Assembly (NCBI GenBank): GCA_027592135.1
Contig: JAQCIJ010000003.1
Location: forward strand, 1 to 63,341
DNA from: a bacterium
Lineage (GTDB): Bacteria; Patescibacteriota; Gracilibacteria; Peribacterales; Peribacteraceae
Length of the DNA stretch: 63,341 nt
Direction of reading: 5' to 3'
Every line of letters starts with the position of its first letter. Within the stretch, counting starts at the first letter, position 1. Below, one piece after another: positions 11,517 through 20,926 of the stretch. The notes beneath the pieces were generated by a model, which was given only the letters and a program-made list of their open reading frames with translations, had not been told where the DNA came from and ran no database searches. Made by a program: the position numbers and the translations under genes.

Positions 11517-12251
11517 ATGCCTCTCCTTTCGCTCAAAGACCTCTCTCTCACGATTGATGAACATCAGATTCTTCAGGGGATCAGCTTTGACGTAGAAGAA
11601 GGGCAAATTATTGGTCTGATTGGTCCAAATGGATCAGGAAAGACGACGCTCTTTAATGTGATCTCCGGATTCCTGAAGTCTTCTGGTGGGTCTATAACTT
11701 TAGGCGGAGAAGAGATTAGTAACTTGAGCCCTTCTCAGAGAGCGAAGAGAGGAATCGGACGTGTGTTTCAAAACTTTGGCATATTTCGCGATATGACACT
11801 CGAAGAAAATATTCTTGTAGCACTCGAGGCTTTACCAAGGCAGCAGCGCAAAGACCTCGGAGACCTTAAAGAGGTCGTAGCAGGAACGCTTGATATGGTG
11901 GGCCTTTCGGATGCTGGTAAAAAGAAAGCAGGATCTCTCTCTGGAGGACAAATGCGCTTACTCGAAATTGCTCGTACGCTAAAAGCGGGTAAAGATTTGT
12001 TTTTACTGGACGAGCCGACAGCAGGTGTAAGCCCGAAGATGACAGGACAAGTCGCAGATATCATTAAAGAACTGAAGTCTAACGGGAAGACGGTTCTTAT
12101 TATCGAACATGATCTTCCGTTTATTGCGTCTATTTGTGATGAGGTTGTGGTGCTGGATGTTGGTAAGGTCGTATTGCAGGGGACTCCTGCAGAGGTTAAA
12201 GAGTCTAAAGAGCTTAAAGAGATTTACTTTGGAGCAGATCCAACTACCTGA
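11517..12251 (+). CDS. livG: branched-chain amino acid ABC transporter ATP-binding protein (LivG-like)
   Basis: GPNGSGKTT, RVFQN, LSGGQ.RLLEIAR, LLDEPTAG, IIEHD. Confidence 0.88.
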   Translation: MPLLSLKDLSLTIDEHQILQGISFDVEEGQIIGLIGPNGSGKTTLFNVISGFLKSSGGSITLGGEEISNLSPSQRAKRGIGRVFQNFGIFRDMTLEENILVALEALPRQQRKDLGDLKEVVAGTLDMVGLSDAGKKKAGSLSGGQMRLLEIARTLKAGKDLFLLDEPTAGVSPKMTGQVADIIKELKSNGKTVLIIEHDLPFIASICDEVVVLDVGKVVLQGTPAEVKESKELKEIYFGADPTT

Positions 12252-12311
12252 TTTCTTGGTTGATTCTTACGTATAATTGCCGCAGAATGGCTTCCTATTC
12301 CCATTTATTCT

Positions 12312-13445
12312 ATGAAAAGACTCCTCGCACCACTCTTTGCCCTCGGAATCCTTCTGAGCGCTTGTTCTCCTACCGCGGATAACGGTACAGGACCTATTAA
12401 AATTGGATTTATTGGGCCTCTTACGGGTGATGCGAATACATACGGATCTGACACGTATAATGGTGCACAAATGAAGGTGGATGAAATTAATGAGGCAGGA
12501 GGTATTAATGGAAGATTGATTGAGTTCATTGTTGAGGATGCAAGATGCACAGGAACAGATGCTGCATCTGCTGCTCAAAAGTTAATCAATATAGATAAAG
12601 TTGTTGCGATTAATGGTGGCCAATGCAGTGGAGAGACACTTGCAGTTGCTCCAATTGCAGAGTCTGCAAAGGTGCCTATTATTTCTGGAGGATCTACAAG
12701 TCCAGATGTAACAACAGCTGGCGATTTTGTCTTCCGCAACATTCCTAGTGATGCACTTGCCGCAGGTGCAACTGCTTCGTATTTACAGGAGAACGGATTA
12801 ACTGCTATTGCACTCATTACTGAGAACACGGACTTTGCTATTGGATTTCGTAATTCGTTGATAGAGAATATGGGAGAAGATTCTGTAGTTTTTAATGAGT
12901 TAGTTGAACCTGGAACAAAAGACTTTCGAACTTTATTAACTCGACTACAAGACGCAGAATTTGATGCGTTTATTGCCAATGGTCAGTCGGTTGCAGTAGA
13001 AGCAGCTATGGCTATGCAGTTTAGAGAACTTGGACTCGACCACCCTATCTTTAGTAACAATGCAGTTGTATCAGCTTCGCTTTCAGAAATTGCGGGAGAG
13101 GCTGTAGAAGGTTTGAAAGTGGTCATGCCACCAAGTGAAGGTGCTGATGCAAATAAATTCGATACCTTCGCAGCAGAATTTACTGCTCTTCATGGTCCTG
13201 CAGCATCGTCTATGACGTACGCAGCAAACTCATACGATATTATGGGCCTCTTGGCAAAAGCTATCGCCGAAGTTGGAACAGATGGAATTGCAATCAGGGA
13301 CTACTTGTATGGTCTTGATGGTTACGATGGAACAGTCGGACGCTTCAGTTTTGATCAAAATGGAGATGTTGTTGGAATTGCTTTAGAGCTTCAGGAAGTG
13401 CAAGACGGAGTATTCGTAAAAGTAAGCGATATTGCAGTAGAATAG
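12312..13445 (+). CDS. livK: branched-chain amino acid ABC transporter substrate-binding lipoprotein
   Basis: Lipobox LLSAC; IKIG.IGPLTG.....G, IN.AGGING, G..CS, FRNIPSD. Confidence 0.9.
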   Translation: MKRLLAPLFALGILLSACSPTADNGTGPIKIGFIGPLTGDANTYGSDTYNGAQMKVDEINEAGGINGRLIEFIVEDARCTGTDAASAAQKLINIDKVVAINGGQCSGETLAVAPIAESAKVPIISGGSTSPDVTTAGDFVFRNIPSDALAAGATASYLQENGLTAIALITENTDFAIGFRNSLIENMGEDSVVFNELVEPGTKDFRTLLTRLQDAEFDAFIANGQSVAVEAAMAMQFRELGLDHPIFSNNAVVSASLSEIAGEAVEGLKVVMPPSEGADANKFDTFAAEFTALHGPAASSMTYAANSYDIMGLLAKAIAEVGTDGIAIRDYLYGLDGYDGTVGRFSFDQNGDVVGIALELQEVQDGVFVKVSDIAVE

Positions 13446-13449
13446 TTCT

Positions 13450-14331
13450 ATGATGCAACTCCTCATAAACGGACTTATAGCAGGTTCACTCGCAGCACTA
13501 ATCGCGGGAGGGCTTGCTTTGGTATATGGAGTACTCGGGGTTTTTAATATGGCATTGGGGCAGATGGCACTTATTACAGGGTATTGCACTTGGTGGTTTC
13601 ATCAGGTGCTACATTTACCCCTTGGAATTAGTGTTATTTGTGGGCTTATAGTTGGAGGTCTTGTTTCGTGGTTTGTGTTTGAAATTTTTGTAAATCCTTT
13701 CTATAAAAGGCATCGTTTCCTTCCTCTTGTCACAACGATTGCTCTTAGTATGATTTTAGATGGTCTTATCTTACTGATTTTTGAAGAACAGCCTCATGCC
13801 ATTATTCCTGGCATAAAAGACACGTTTCAAGTTATGGGTGCTTGGGTGTCTTCAATGCAGATTCTATTGGTGTTGCTTACAGTTCTCTTAATGATGATCA
13901 TGGGGTATGTTCTGCATTCAACGTCATTCGGAAGAAAGATACGTGCAGTTGTACAGCACGATCAAGCTGCAATGAGCCTTGGAATAAAAGCTCCGTTGCT
14001 ACATAGGTACATCTTTATTATGAGTGGGGTACTTGCAGGCCTCGGTGGTATTTATTTAGGGATAGATCAAAGCCTGACTCCTGTCTTTGCTTTTCCAATT
14101 ACCATTAAAGCGTATGCAGCAATCATCGCAGGAGGCAAAGGAAATATTTGGGGTGCGATTCTTTGTGCATACCTCATTGCATTCCTAGAGCAGTTTGCTG
14201 TTGGCATACATTGGTTTGGACTTTTTTATATTCCAGCAGGATATCAACAAGCTGTAGCGTTACTTTTCATTATTTTCTTTCTCCTCTTTAGGCCCAATGG
14301 TCTTTTTGCCGGGAGAGCTCGTACTGCTTAA
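13450..14331 (+). CDS. livH: branched-chain amino acid ABC transporter permease
   Basis: QLLINGL..GS..ALIA.GL.LVYG...FN.A.G, T.FGRKIRAV......A..LGI. Confidence 0.9.
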   Translation: MMQLLINGLIAGSLAALIAGGLALVYGVLGVFNMALGQMALITGYCTWWFHQVLHLPLGISVICGLIVGGLVSWFVFEIFVNPFYKRHRFLPLVTTIALSMILDGLILLIFEEQPHAIIPGIKDTFQVMGAWVSSMQILLVLLTVLLMMIMGYVLHSTSFGRKIRAVVQHDQAAMSLGIKAPLLHRYIFIMSGVLAGLGGIYLGIDQSLTPVFAFPITIKAYAAIIAGGKGNIWGAILCAYLIAFLEQFAVGIHWFGLFYIPAGYQQAVALLFIIFFLLFRPNGLFAGRARTA

Positions 14332-14334
14332 GAT

Positions 14335-15189
14335 ATGGATTTCTTTCTACACATCATCGTGCTCATCGGAACATTTTTGCCTACTATCCTTGGGTACAAC
14401 TTGGTTTTTGGAAAGGGGAAAATACTACACTTTGGCCCTATGGGAGTTTCTGTCATTACCGGTTATTGTTTTATTGTTACTCTAAAATCTACAGGTAGCT
14501 TCTCACTTGCAATCTTATCTGGATTAATAGCTGTAACACTGATATCACTCCTCTTTGCATGGCTTTCTTTGCGACTTAATCAAGATGCCTTTGGCGTAAT
14601 GTCTATTGCAGTCCATCTTTCTGCTCTTGCAGTTGTTCTCAATTGGAATTCCCTTACAAGAGGCGCTCTTGGTATTCCTCAAATTCCTCGCCCAGAATTC
14701 CTTTCTTCAGTAGCTGACTTTGCTATCGCCGCAATTATTCTAAGTATAGTGACAGTATACATTGTTCGAAAGATTGATAAGAGTAGCTTTGGTAGGCAGT
14801 TGCAGGCACTTGCAGAACATGAATGGCATGCAAAATCACTTGGTATAGATCGAAATCGAGTACATGTATTAGCTTTTATTATTTGTGGAATTGGAATTTT
14901 CTTATCAAATCTTATTTACCTTCCATACCTTACTTTGCTTCATCCAAATGATTACCAATTTGCAGGAATGGTATTCTATGTGATGATCGTTGTTGCTGGG
15001 ATGCCAGGCAGTGTATGGGGAGCAACTCTTTCAACGGTTCTTCTCTTGGCGCTTAGAGAAGCTGTACGTTTTGCACCTCTTTCAGCATCTGTTCTTGGAC
15101 CGGTCCGTCTCATGCTCTTCGGCTTCATTCTCTTTGTAGCAGTCTATTACCGCAGAGATACGTTATTCCCTAAGCAGAGGAGTATTTAA
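14335..15189 (+). CDS. livM: branched-chain amino acid ABC transporter permease
   Basis: GYNLVFG..K.LHFG, LRL..D.F, LTRG.LGI..IPRP, S.FGR.L.AL.E.E..A..LG. Confidence 0.88.
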   Translation: MDFFLHIIVLIGTFLPTILGYNLVFGKGKILHFGPMGVSVITGYCFIVTLKSTGSFSLAILSGLIAVTLISLLFAWLSLRLNQDAFGVMSIAVHLSALAVVLNWNSLTRGALGIPQIPRPEFLSSVADFAIAAIILSIVTVYIVRKIDKSSFGRQLQALAEHEWHAKSLGIDRNRVHVLAFIICGIGIFLSNLIYLPYLTLLHPNDYQFAGMVFYVMIVVAGMPGSVWGATLSTVLLLALREAVRFAPLSASVLGPVRLMLFGFILFVAVYYRRDTLFPKQRSI

Positions 15190-15258
15190 AGGTATTGACA
15201 AAAAAGTATTTATAGTTCATATTATTTATAATGAGTGTAGACCACCTTCACCCTTCAT

Positions 15259-15444
15259 ATGACATCACCAGAAACATTATCGGAGCTTGCACTGAGAGTG
15301 AGACCTGTTATAGATGCCATGGCAGAGAGAAGTATGCAACATATGGAAGGTATGGATTCTGATGAGCAGCGCATACATATTAGTTATATGATGAATATGA
15401 TTTATCAGACTACTTGGAAACATCTAAACGAGAATCGTATATGA
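15259..15444 (+). CDS. small hypothetical protein
   Basis: 61-aa ORF downstream of a TTGACA at 15196; helical-looking sequence. Confidence 0.45.
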   Translation: MTSPETLSELALRVRPVIDAMAERSMQHMEGMDSDEQRIHISYMMNMIYQTTWKHLNENRI

Positions 15445-15485
15445 TCTATTCGCGAATAGCATGGCTTTACGGTACGATACTACCG

Positions 15486-16430
15486 ATGAACCTCTCCCAA
15501 ACTGTGCTCGGCATCACCTTCGACAACCCGACGGTGTTGGTTTCTGGAATCTTGGGAATCACTTCTTCTACATGGAAAGACGTAGCGAAAAAAGGAGCAG
15601 GAGGAATCACCACAAAATCGCTCTGGGCAAAAGAACACAGAGGACATCCGAATCCGACTATTATCGAAACAGAGTATTGGATGCTGAATGCTGTAGGACT
15701 TCCGGATGCAGGCCCTGAGAAAGCAAAAGAGGAGATAGGAGATTTTATGAAAGATCACCCCGTCCCACTTATCGCAAATATCGTTGCAGGGCAGATCGAA
15801 GAGTTTGCAGAAGCCGCGAAGTATATTGCCCCACTCGGGCCAGATGCCTTTGAAGTAAATATCAGTTGCCCGAATGTCGAAGACGAATTTGGTAAACCCT
15901 TTGCTTGTAGTGCACCCGACGCGGCAAAAGTAACCGCTGCAGTACGTAAGGTGATTGGTGACACACCCATGTTTGTTAAGCTTTCTCCGAATGTCGATAA
16001 TATCGGGGAGATTGCTAAGGCTTGCCAGGCCGAAGGTGCTGATGGATTTACGGTTATCAATACCGTAGGACCTGGAATGGCGATAGACCTGCGTAGTCGC
16101 ATGCCAATTCTTGCCAATAAAGTAGGAGGACTCTCTGGAAGAGCTATCAAGCCTATTGCCGTAAAGTGCATTGCCGATGTCTACGCAGCGACCGATGGAA
16201 AATGTCCGATTATTGGAACAGGAGGTGTGTATACAGGAGAGGATGCCATCGAGATGATGCTCGCAGGTGCTACTTTGATTGGTATTGGGTCTGCAATATC
16301 ACGACACGGTGCGGAAGTCTTTGCGCAGGTGTGTGAAGGCATGCAGTACTGGTGTACAAATGAGGGTATTGATACTATTGCAGACCTCATAGGAGGTATG
16401 CATAAAGAACTCGCAACTCGTAAATCGTAA
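15486..16430 (+). CDS. pyrD: dihydroorotate dehydrogenase B, catalytic subunit
   Basis: TTKS, MLNAVGL, EVNISCPN, VKLSPN, INT, GGLSG.AIKP, IIGTGG. Start at MNLSQTV (TACGAT-N7-ATG). Confidence 0.95.
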   Translation: MNLSQTVLGITFDNPTVLVSGILGITSSTWKDVAKKGAGGITTKSLWAKEHRGHPNPTIIETEYWMLNAVGLPDAGPEKAKEEIGDFMKDHPVPLIANIVAGQIEEFAEAAKYIAPLGPDAFEVNISCPNVEDEFGKPFACSAPDAAKVTAAVRKVIGDTPMFVKLSPNVDNIGEIAKACQAEGADGFTVINTVGPGMAIDLRSRMPILANKVGGLSGRAIKPIAVKCIADVYAATDGKCPIIGTGGVYTGEDAIEMMLAGATLIGIGSAISRHGAEVFAQVCEGMQYWCTNEGIDTIADLIGGMHKELATRKS

Positions 16431-16437
16431 CTCGTTT

Positions 16438-17277
16438 ATGTCTTCTATCTCTCTTCAATCTCGGCTACCTAAGACCTATCGCATCAAAGCGATAACGCAG
16501 GAAACAGAGATGGTCCGGACCTATACGTTTGATGGTTCACTCGGAGCAAAGCCTGGACAGTTTTTGATGCTATGGCTTCCGGGAGTAGATGAAAAACCGT
16601 TCTCGGTTGCGTTTGATGATGGATCAGAAACAAAGATTACCTTCTTTGCCGTAGGACCGATGAGTGAAGCCCTAGCACAGTCGAGGGTAGGGGATTTGGT
16701 AGGGTTGCGTGGACCATTTGGAACGTCGTATGAGTGGGAGGCTGGAGATCATATCGTACTTGTTGCAGGTGGGTATGGAGCTGCACCGATGTACTTTGTA
16801 GCTTCCGAAGCGGTAAAGCATGGTTGTACGCTAGAGGCGATTGTTGGTGCACGGGGAAAAGAGCACTTGCTGTACCTTAAAGAACTTGAATCTCTCAAGC
16901 ATGTGTCATTACATGTTTCTACGGATGATGGATCAGTTGGACACAAAGGGTATAACACCGAAGTGCTTGATCAACTTCTCGAAGCATCTGCAGATCCCGA
17001 TGCTGCGGACCCTCCTATCGATAAAGTGTTTGCTTGTGGACCAGAGATGATGTTGAAATCTGTGCTTACCGTGTCAGAAAAACACAGTGTACCCTGTCAG
17101 CTTTCACTGGAGAGATATATGAAGTGTGGATTCGGTATCTGTGGAAACTGTGTGATGGACCCGACAGGCCAGAGGCTCTGTATTGATGGCCCTGTTGTTC
17201 CTGGGCATATTTGCAAAAAAATTACAGAGTTTGGTAAATATCACCGAGATGATATCGGGAAGAAACATGAGTTCTAA
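16438..17277 (+). CDS. pyrK: dihydroorotate dehydrogenase electron transfer subunit
   Basis: PGQF.MLW, KPFS, RGPFG, VAGGYGAAP, ACGP, MKCG.G.CG.C...CIDGPV. Confidence 0.95.
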   Translation: MSSISLQSRLPKTYRIKAITQETEMVRTYTFDGSLGAKPGQFLMLWLPGVDEKPFSVAFDDGSETKITFFAVGPMSEALAQSRVGDLVGLRGPFGTSYEWEAGDHIVLVAGGYGAAPMYFVASEAVKHGCTLEAIVGARGKEHLLYLKELESLKHVSLHVSTDDGSVGHKGYNTEVLDQLLEASADPDAADPPIDKVFACGPEMMLKSVLTVSEKHSVPCQLSLERYMKCGFGICGNCVMDPTGQRLCIDGPVVPGHICKKITEFGKYHRDDIGKKHEF

Positions 17278-17661
17278 CTAGAGACGAATAGTTCGTTCTA
17301 CCCAAATAACCTCCATTTGTTTACGAGAATTCCTAGCCTCTCCCTTCGGTGTACGTTTTTGCTTTACGGGGATCTCTACTGGAGTTTCTTGTTTTTTACG
17401 AAGAGTCCATAGTGCATGAAGCCCGAATCCGATCAGCATCATCAGCATTCCAAAGGCGAGTACTCCAGCTGGGTTACTGGATTCTATGCTGGCAGCGGGG
17501 AGGATAATTTCTTGGTTGATCCACATAGGCTCACCCGCTTGCTTCGTCCCTAGGTAGGCACCCTGGTTTGTTAGGCTCGCGTTTAAAGACATCTGCGAGC
17601 CAATAGTAACGACTATTGCTCCAAGTGCGATGAATGATGTACTTATTGTTTTGTGTGTCAT
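17278..17661 (-). CDS. hypothetical membrane protein
   Basis: Two hydrophobic segments and a basic tail; TGTTATAAT -10 element upstream on the minus strand. Confidence 0.65.
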   Translation of the reverse strand: MTHKTISTSFIALGAIVVTIGSQMSLNASLTNQGAYLGTKQAGEPMWINQEIILPAASIESSNPAGVLAFGMLMMLIGFGLHALWTLRKKQETPVEIPVKQKRTPKGEARNSRKQMEVIWVERTIRL

Positions 17662-17702
17662 ATATTATAGTTATTATAACATATTTCCTTATAACATACA
17701 AA

Positions 17703-17777
17703 TGGTAGCCTCAAGGGGAATTGAACCCCTGTTACCAGGATGAAAACCTGGCGTCCTAACCACTAGACGATGAGGCC
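17703..17777 (-). tRNA. tRNA-Glu(UUC)
   Basis: GGCCTCA/TGAGGCT acceptor stem, CCAGG-TT-TTC-AT-CCTGG anticodon arm, GGTTCAATTCC T-loop, encoded CCA. Confidence 0.97.
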
Positions 17778-17852
17778 TACTGGGCAAATTTAACCATAAA
17801 TTTATCTTTGCTGCCATACTGATTACGCTGAAAAATTCTCTATACTACGCTT

Positions 17853-18104
17853 ATGTCCCACTATTTTTACCTAGCTCGCTGTAGTGACAACTCTCTCTAT
17901 TCGGGTTACTGCAAAGATATTAATACAAGAGAGGCTATGCACAATGCAGGTAAGGGGGCTAAATATACCCGTGCACATCTTCCCATCGAGATTATCTACT
18001 TCGAAGAGTTTGAGACTTTGTCAGAGGCTTTACAGCGCGAGGCTGAGGTAAAAAAATTTACGAAGGCAAAGAAAGAAGCATTAGTGAATACAGCACTTTC
18101 TTGA
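17853..18104 (+). CDS. GIY-YIG nuclease family protein (UPF0213/YazA-like)
   Basis: YLARCSDNSLYSGY......R...HN.GKGAKYTR...P.....EEF....EA..RE..VK. Confidence 0.9.
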   Translation: MSHYFYLARCSDNSLYSGYCKDINTREAMHNAGKGAKYTRAHLPIEIIYFEEFETLSEALQREAEVKKFTKAKKEALVNTALS

Positions 18105-18116
18105 TATCGTTTTGGT

Positions 18117-19688
18117 ATGAGCCTCTCTCGAATATTGCGCTATAGCTTCTATCTAGTGGTAGCACTTACCCTTTGTAAGGGGTTGTATCATCTTGCGTCT
18201 CAGGCATGGTATTTTTTTGAAGGGGCGTATGCGGGTGACGCAAAGTATTACTGGACTGTTGGTAAGGGAATGCTGAATGGACATGTGTTGTACACCGATA
18301 TTTTTGATACAAAGCCACCCGGGATTTATCTTCTCAGTGCATTGTCTCTGTGGATGTTTGACGATGGGACACTTGGATTTTGGATCAATGCCCTTATGGT
18401 AGTTGCATACCCTGTTCTTTTTGGGTGTGCTGCACACATCATAGTTCGTGATCTTTCTCGTAATAGACGTTTGTATATCATTCTTTCTTCTCTTCTCTTT
18501 GGATCACTTATTTCTTTGTACGCAGGGTTCCAGGGAGAGGCTTGGCAGGTAGAGTGGTATGGTGCCTTCTTTGGTTCACTCTATGCGTTGGCACTTGTGT
18601 GTTTACCGTGGAGGAATAGTCGTAGCGCTCTCGCTATTTTGAGCATATGTATGATTCTTAGTATAGGATTTAAAGAGCCGTTTGCACTCTCACTTATTGG
18701 AGTAGGACTGCTTTTGTTGCCGAAAAAGAAGGACTTGTTATCTGGGCTCGCTGTACCCCTTGGGATTACTACTGCTGTTGGAGTAGTAGGGTTATTACTA
18801 TTTGGCTATGCACACGGATATTTTACGACGTATCTCCCATCGCATTTTGGTCATAATCTTATCCGCTCGACTCCTCTGTGGCAGCGTGGTTTGTATATCG
18901 ATATACTTTTTCGGTTTCTTTGGGAGTTCTCGTACCTCTTTTCTGCACTGATTGCAGCTCTATTGACACATGCACTTCTTCGGAGCCGGCAATACCCTCG
19001 TCCCATAGTACGGGTCCTTCTTGTTCTGTTTGCATTCTATCTTGCTCTTACAGCGGGGAACCTTAGAGGATATCCAGTTTCTAATCACTTTGTTGTTCTT
19101 GTTCCTCTCTATACAGCCCTCTTTTTGCTATTACTGCAGCATGTTATTGCCAATGGTTATCATCGTATTTTTCATACGTGCATGGGGTTAATGATGTTTA
19201 CACTTCTTACTCTTCCTATGAAGGATGGGATACCACACTATTCCGTAGTTCTTTCTGCAAATAAGGAAGGTGTAGTTGAACACAGAGAAACCGCACAGCA
19301 GCTCGATGAAATCTTGGATGCATGTGATGTTGAACGATACTTCTTTGTGGAGGAAAAGCCTTTTATGGAATATATGAATCATAGCCCGTTGAACTTTTTC
19401 GTCTACACAGGGTCAGAGGCTATCGTGTATTACCACCCTGTTCTTATCGAAAAGCAGCTCCAATCATTTTCTAACGCAAAGATTGTTATTGCTCGTGGTG
19501 AATCCTATGAGATATCTCAAGATCCAGCAAAAAAAAATCTTTCCGAAATGACATTCCGGTACCTCGCAAATAACTTTACTATTATTCCTTGGAGTTGCGC
19601 AGAAGGGTTGCCAATTCCTGTGGGATATTCAGTACTGTTTCGTAAAGACCCAGACAATATGAAACCATTTTTATTTAAGATGAAATAA
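18117..19688 (+). CDS. polytopic membrane protein, GT-C (ArnT/PMT-like) glycosyltransferase-like
   Basis: D..YY...G...L.G..LY.D.FDTKPPGIY, many TM helices, K(E)P in a loop. Confidence 0.7.
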   Translation: MSLSRILRYSFYLVVALTLCKGLYHLASQAWYFFEGAYAGDAKYYWTVGKGMLNGHVLYTDIFDTKPPGIYLLSALSLWMFDDGTLGFWINALMVVAYPVLFGCAAHIIVRDLSRNRRLYIILSSLLFGSLISLYAGFQGEAWQVEWYGAFFGSLYALALVCLPWRNSRSALAILSICMILSIGFKEPFALSLIGVGLLLLPKKKDLLSGLAVPLGITTAVGVVGLLLFGYAHGYFTTYLPSHFGHNLIRSTPLWQRGLYIDILFRFLWEFSYLFSALIAALLTHALLRSRQYPRPIVRVLLVLFAFYLALTAGNLRGYPVSNHFVVLVPLYTALFLLLLQHVIANGYHRIFHTCMGLMMFTLLTLPMKDGIPHYSVVLSANKEGVVEHRETAQQLDEILDACDVERYFFVEEKPFMEYMNHSPLNFFVYTGSEAIVYYHPVLIEKQLQSFSNAKIVIARGESYEISQDPAKKNLSEMTFRYLANNFTIIPWSCAEGLPIPVGYSVLFRKDPDNMKPFLFKMK

Positions 19689-19691
19689 ACA

Positions 19692-19716
19692 AAAAGGCGA
19701 CGAGATCGTCACCTTA
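19692..19716 (-). terminator. terminator between convergent genes
   Basis: Minus strand AAGGTGACGA-TC-TCGTCGCCTT followed by T run. Confidence 0.6.
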
Positions 19717-19760
19717 TTTGTTTTTGTTTTTCTGCTCTAAAGGTCGACCCTTAGATTAGT

Positions 19761-20225
19761 TTAATAATCTGTAGGGAAGTAGTTTGCTTCGTAAACTTCA
19801 TTATTGATGTACGCTTCTAGACAGTGTGTGTAACGCTGTCCTGAGTATTGAGAACATCCAGGAATATGTTGACGACGCGCAGCAGGAGCACCACGTACAG
19901 TTCCAGTAGTAGGAGCTGCAAAGTGACGAATATCCTGACTTTCACGAAGTACACGACGACGGTCTACATTGGTATTAATGCTCGATCGACGAGGAGCTGT
20001 GAGCCTAAAGTTGAAACCATTTCTGGCATCAAGGGTAGCTTCTTCGCTACGTGAGCGGAAGATTCCACCTGCGGCTCGTAGGTTATCCATGTTACGGACG
20101 GATTCGGCATTTGGGTTGTGTCCCGAAAACGAGACGAGGTCAGCACGCTGAGCAGATGAAGCGCCTACAACCATTCCAACCAATACACCGAGTGCACCGA
20201 TAACATATGTTTGGCGGTTAGCCAT
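19761..20225 (-). CDS. secreted or membrane-anchored Arg-rich hypothetical protein
   Basis: N-terminal hydrophobic helix; C-terminal C-x9-C pair. Confidence 0.7.
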   Translation of the reverse strand: MANRQTYVIGALGVLVGMVVGASSAQRADLVSFSGHNPNAESVRNMDNLRAAGGIFRSRSEEATLDARNGFNFRLTAPRRSSINTNVDRRRVLRESQDIRHFAAPTTGTVRGAPAARRQHIPGCSQYSGQRYTHCLEAYINNEVYEANYFPTDY

Positions 20226-20341
20226 AACGAATGTGGTAAGGAAATAAAATTTGTGTATGTATATATTATAACATATTTACATATATTGTACAATACTCAT
20301 CATTGGCTATATTTAGGCTTATTCTCTAACATATTCTGTAT

Positions 20342-20878
20342 ATGCAGCCTTTAGACGTACTTATCGCATTTCTTGTACTTTGGGTGTTTGCCATGGTTCT
20401 TATGGTGGTGAGTTCCATCTTCTTAAGGGCTCCATATGTTCCTACCCCTATGAAGATCACTAAGAAAATGGTGAAATTTGCCGATTTACAGGGGAAGGAA
20501 GTAGTCTACGATCTTGGCGCTGGAGATGGAAGACTTCTGATTGAAGCAAAGAGATGTCACCCTGGAGTTACGGCCAAAGGATTTGAGCTTTCACCTCCTG
20601 TGTTTTTTTTAGGCCTCTTTTTGATTTGGAAATCGAGCGTAGAAGTGACGCTAAGAATGAAGAATCTGTTCCATCAAGATGTCTCTGATGCGGACTGTAT
20701 TTTCCTTTATCTCATGCCAGGTGCTATGAAGACTTTACAGAAGAAGTTCGAAAAAGAGCTTAAACCTGGAACAAAAATCATCTCTCATGCATTTAAGTTT
20801 CCGGGGAAAGAGCCTGTAAAGAGCATGCCTGTACCCTGGCTGCAAGGGCAGAAGGAGCTGCGGCTCTACATATGGTAA
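20342..20878 (+). CDS. class I SAM-dependent methyltransferase with N-terminal membrane anchor
   Basis: APYVPTP, YDLGAGDGR, GFEL, IFLYL, ELKPGT.IISHAF. Confidence 0.88.
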   Translation: MQPLDVLIAFLVLWVFAMVLMVVSSIFLRAPYVPTPMKITKKMVKFADLQGKEVVYDLGAGDGRLLIEAKRCHPGVTAKGFELSPPVFFLGLFLIWKSSVEVTLRMKNLFHQDVSDADCIFLYLMPGAMKTLQKKFEKELKPGTKIISHAFKFPGKEPVKSMPVPWLQGQKELRLYIW

Positions 20879-20926
20879 AAGAAGTAGATAGAGGATAAAG
20901 ATTGTGAGAAGATCATGTAAAAATAG

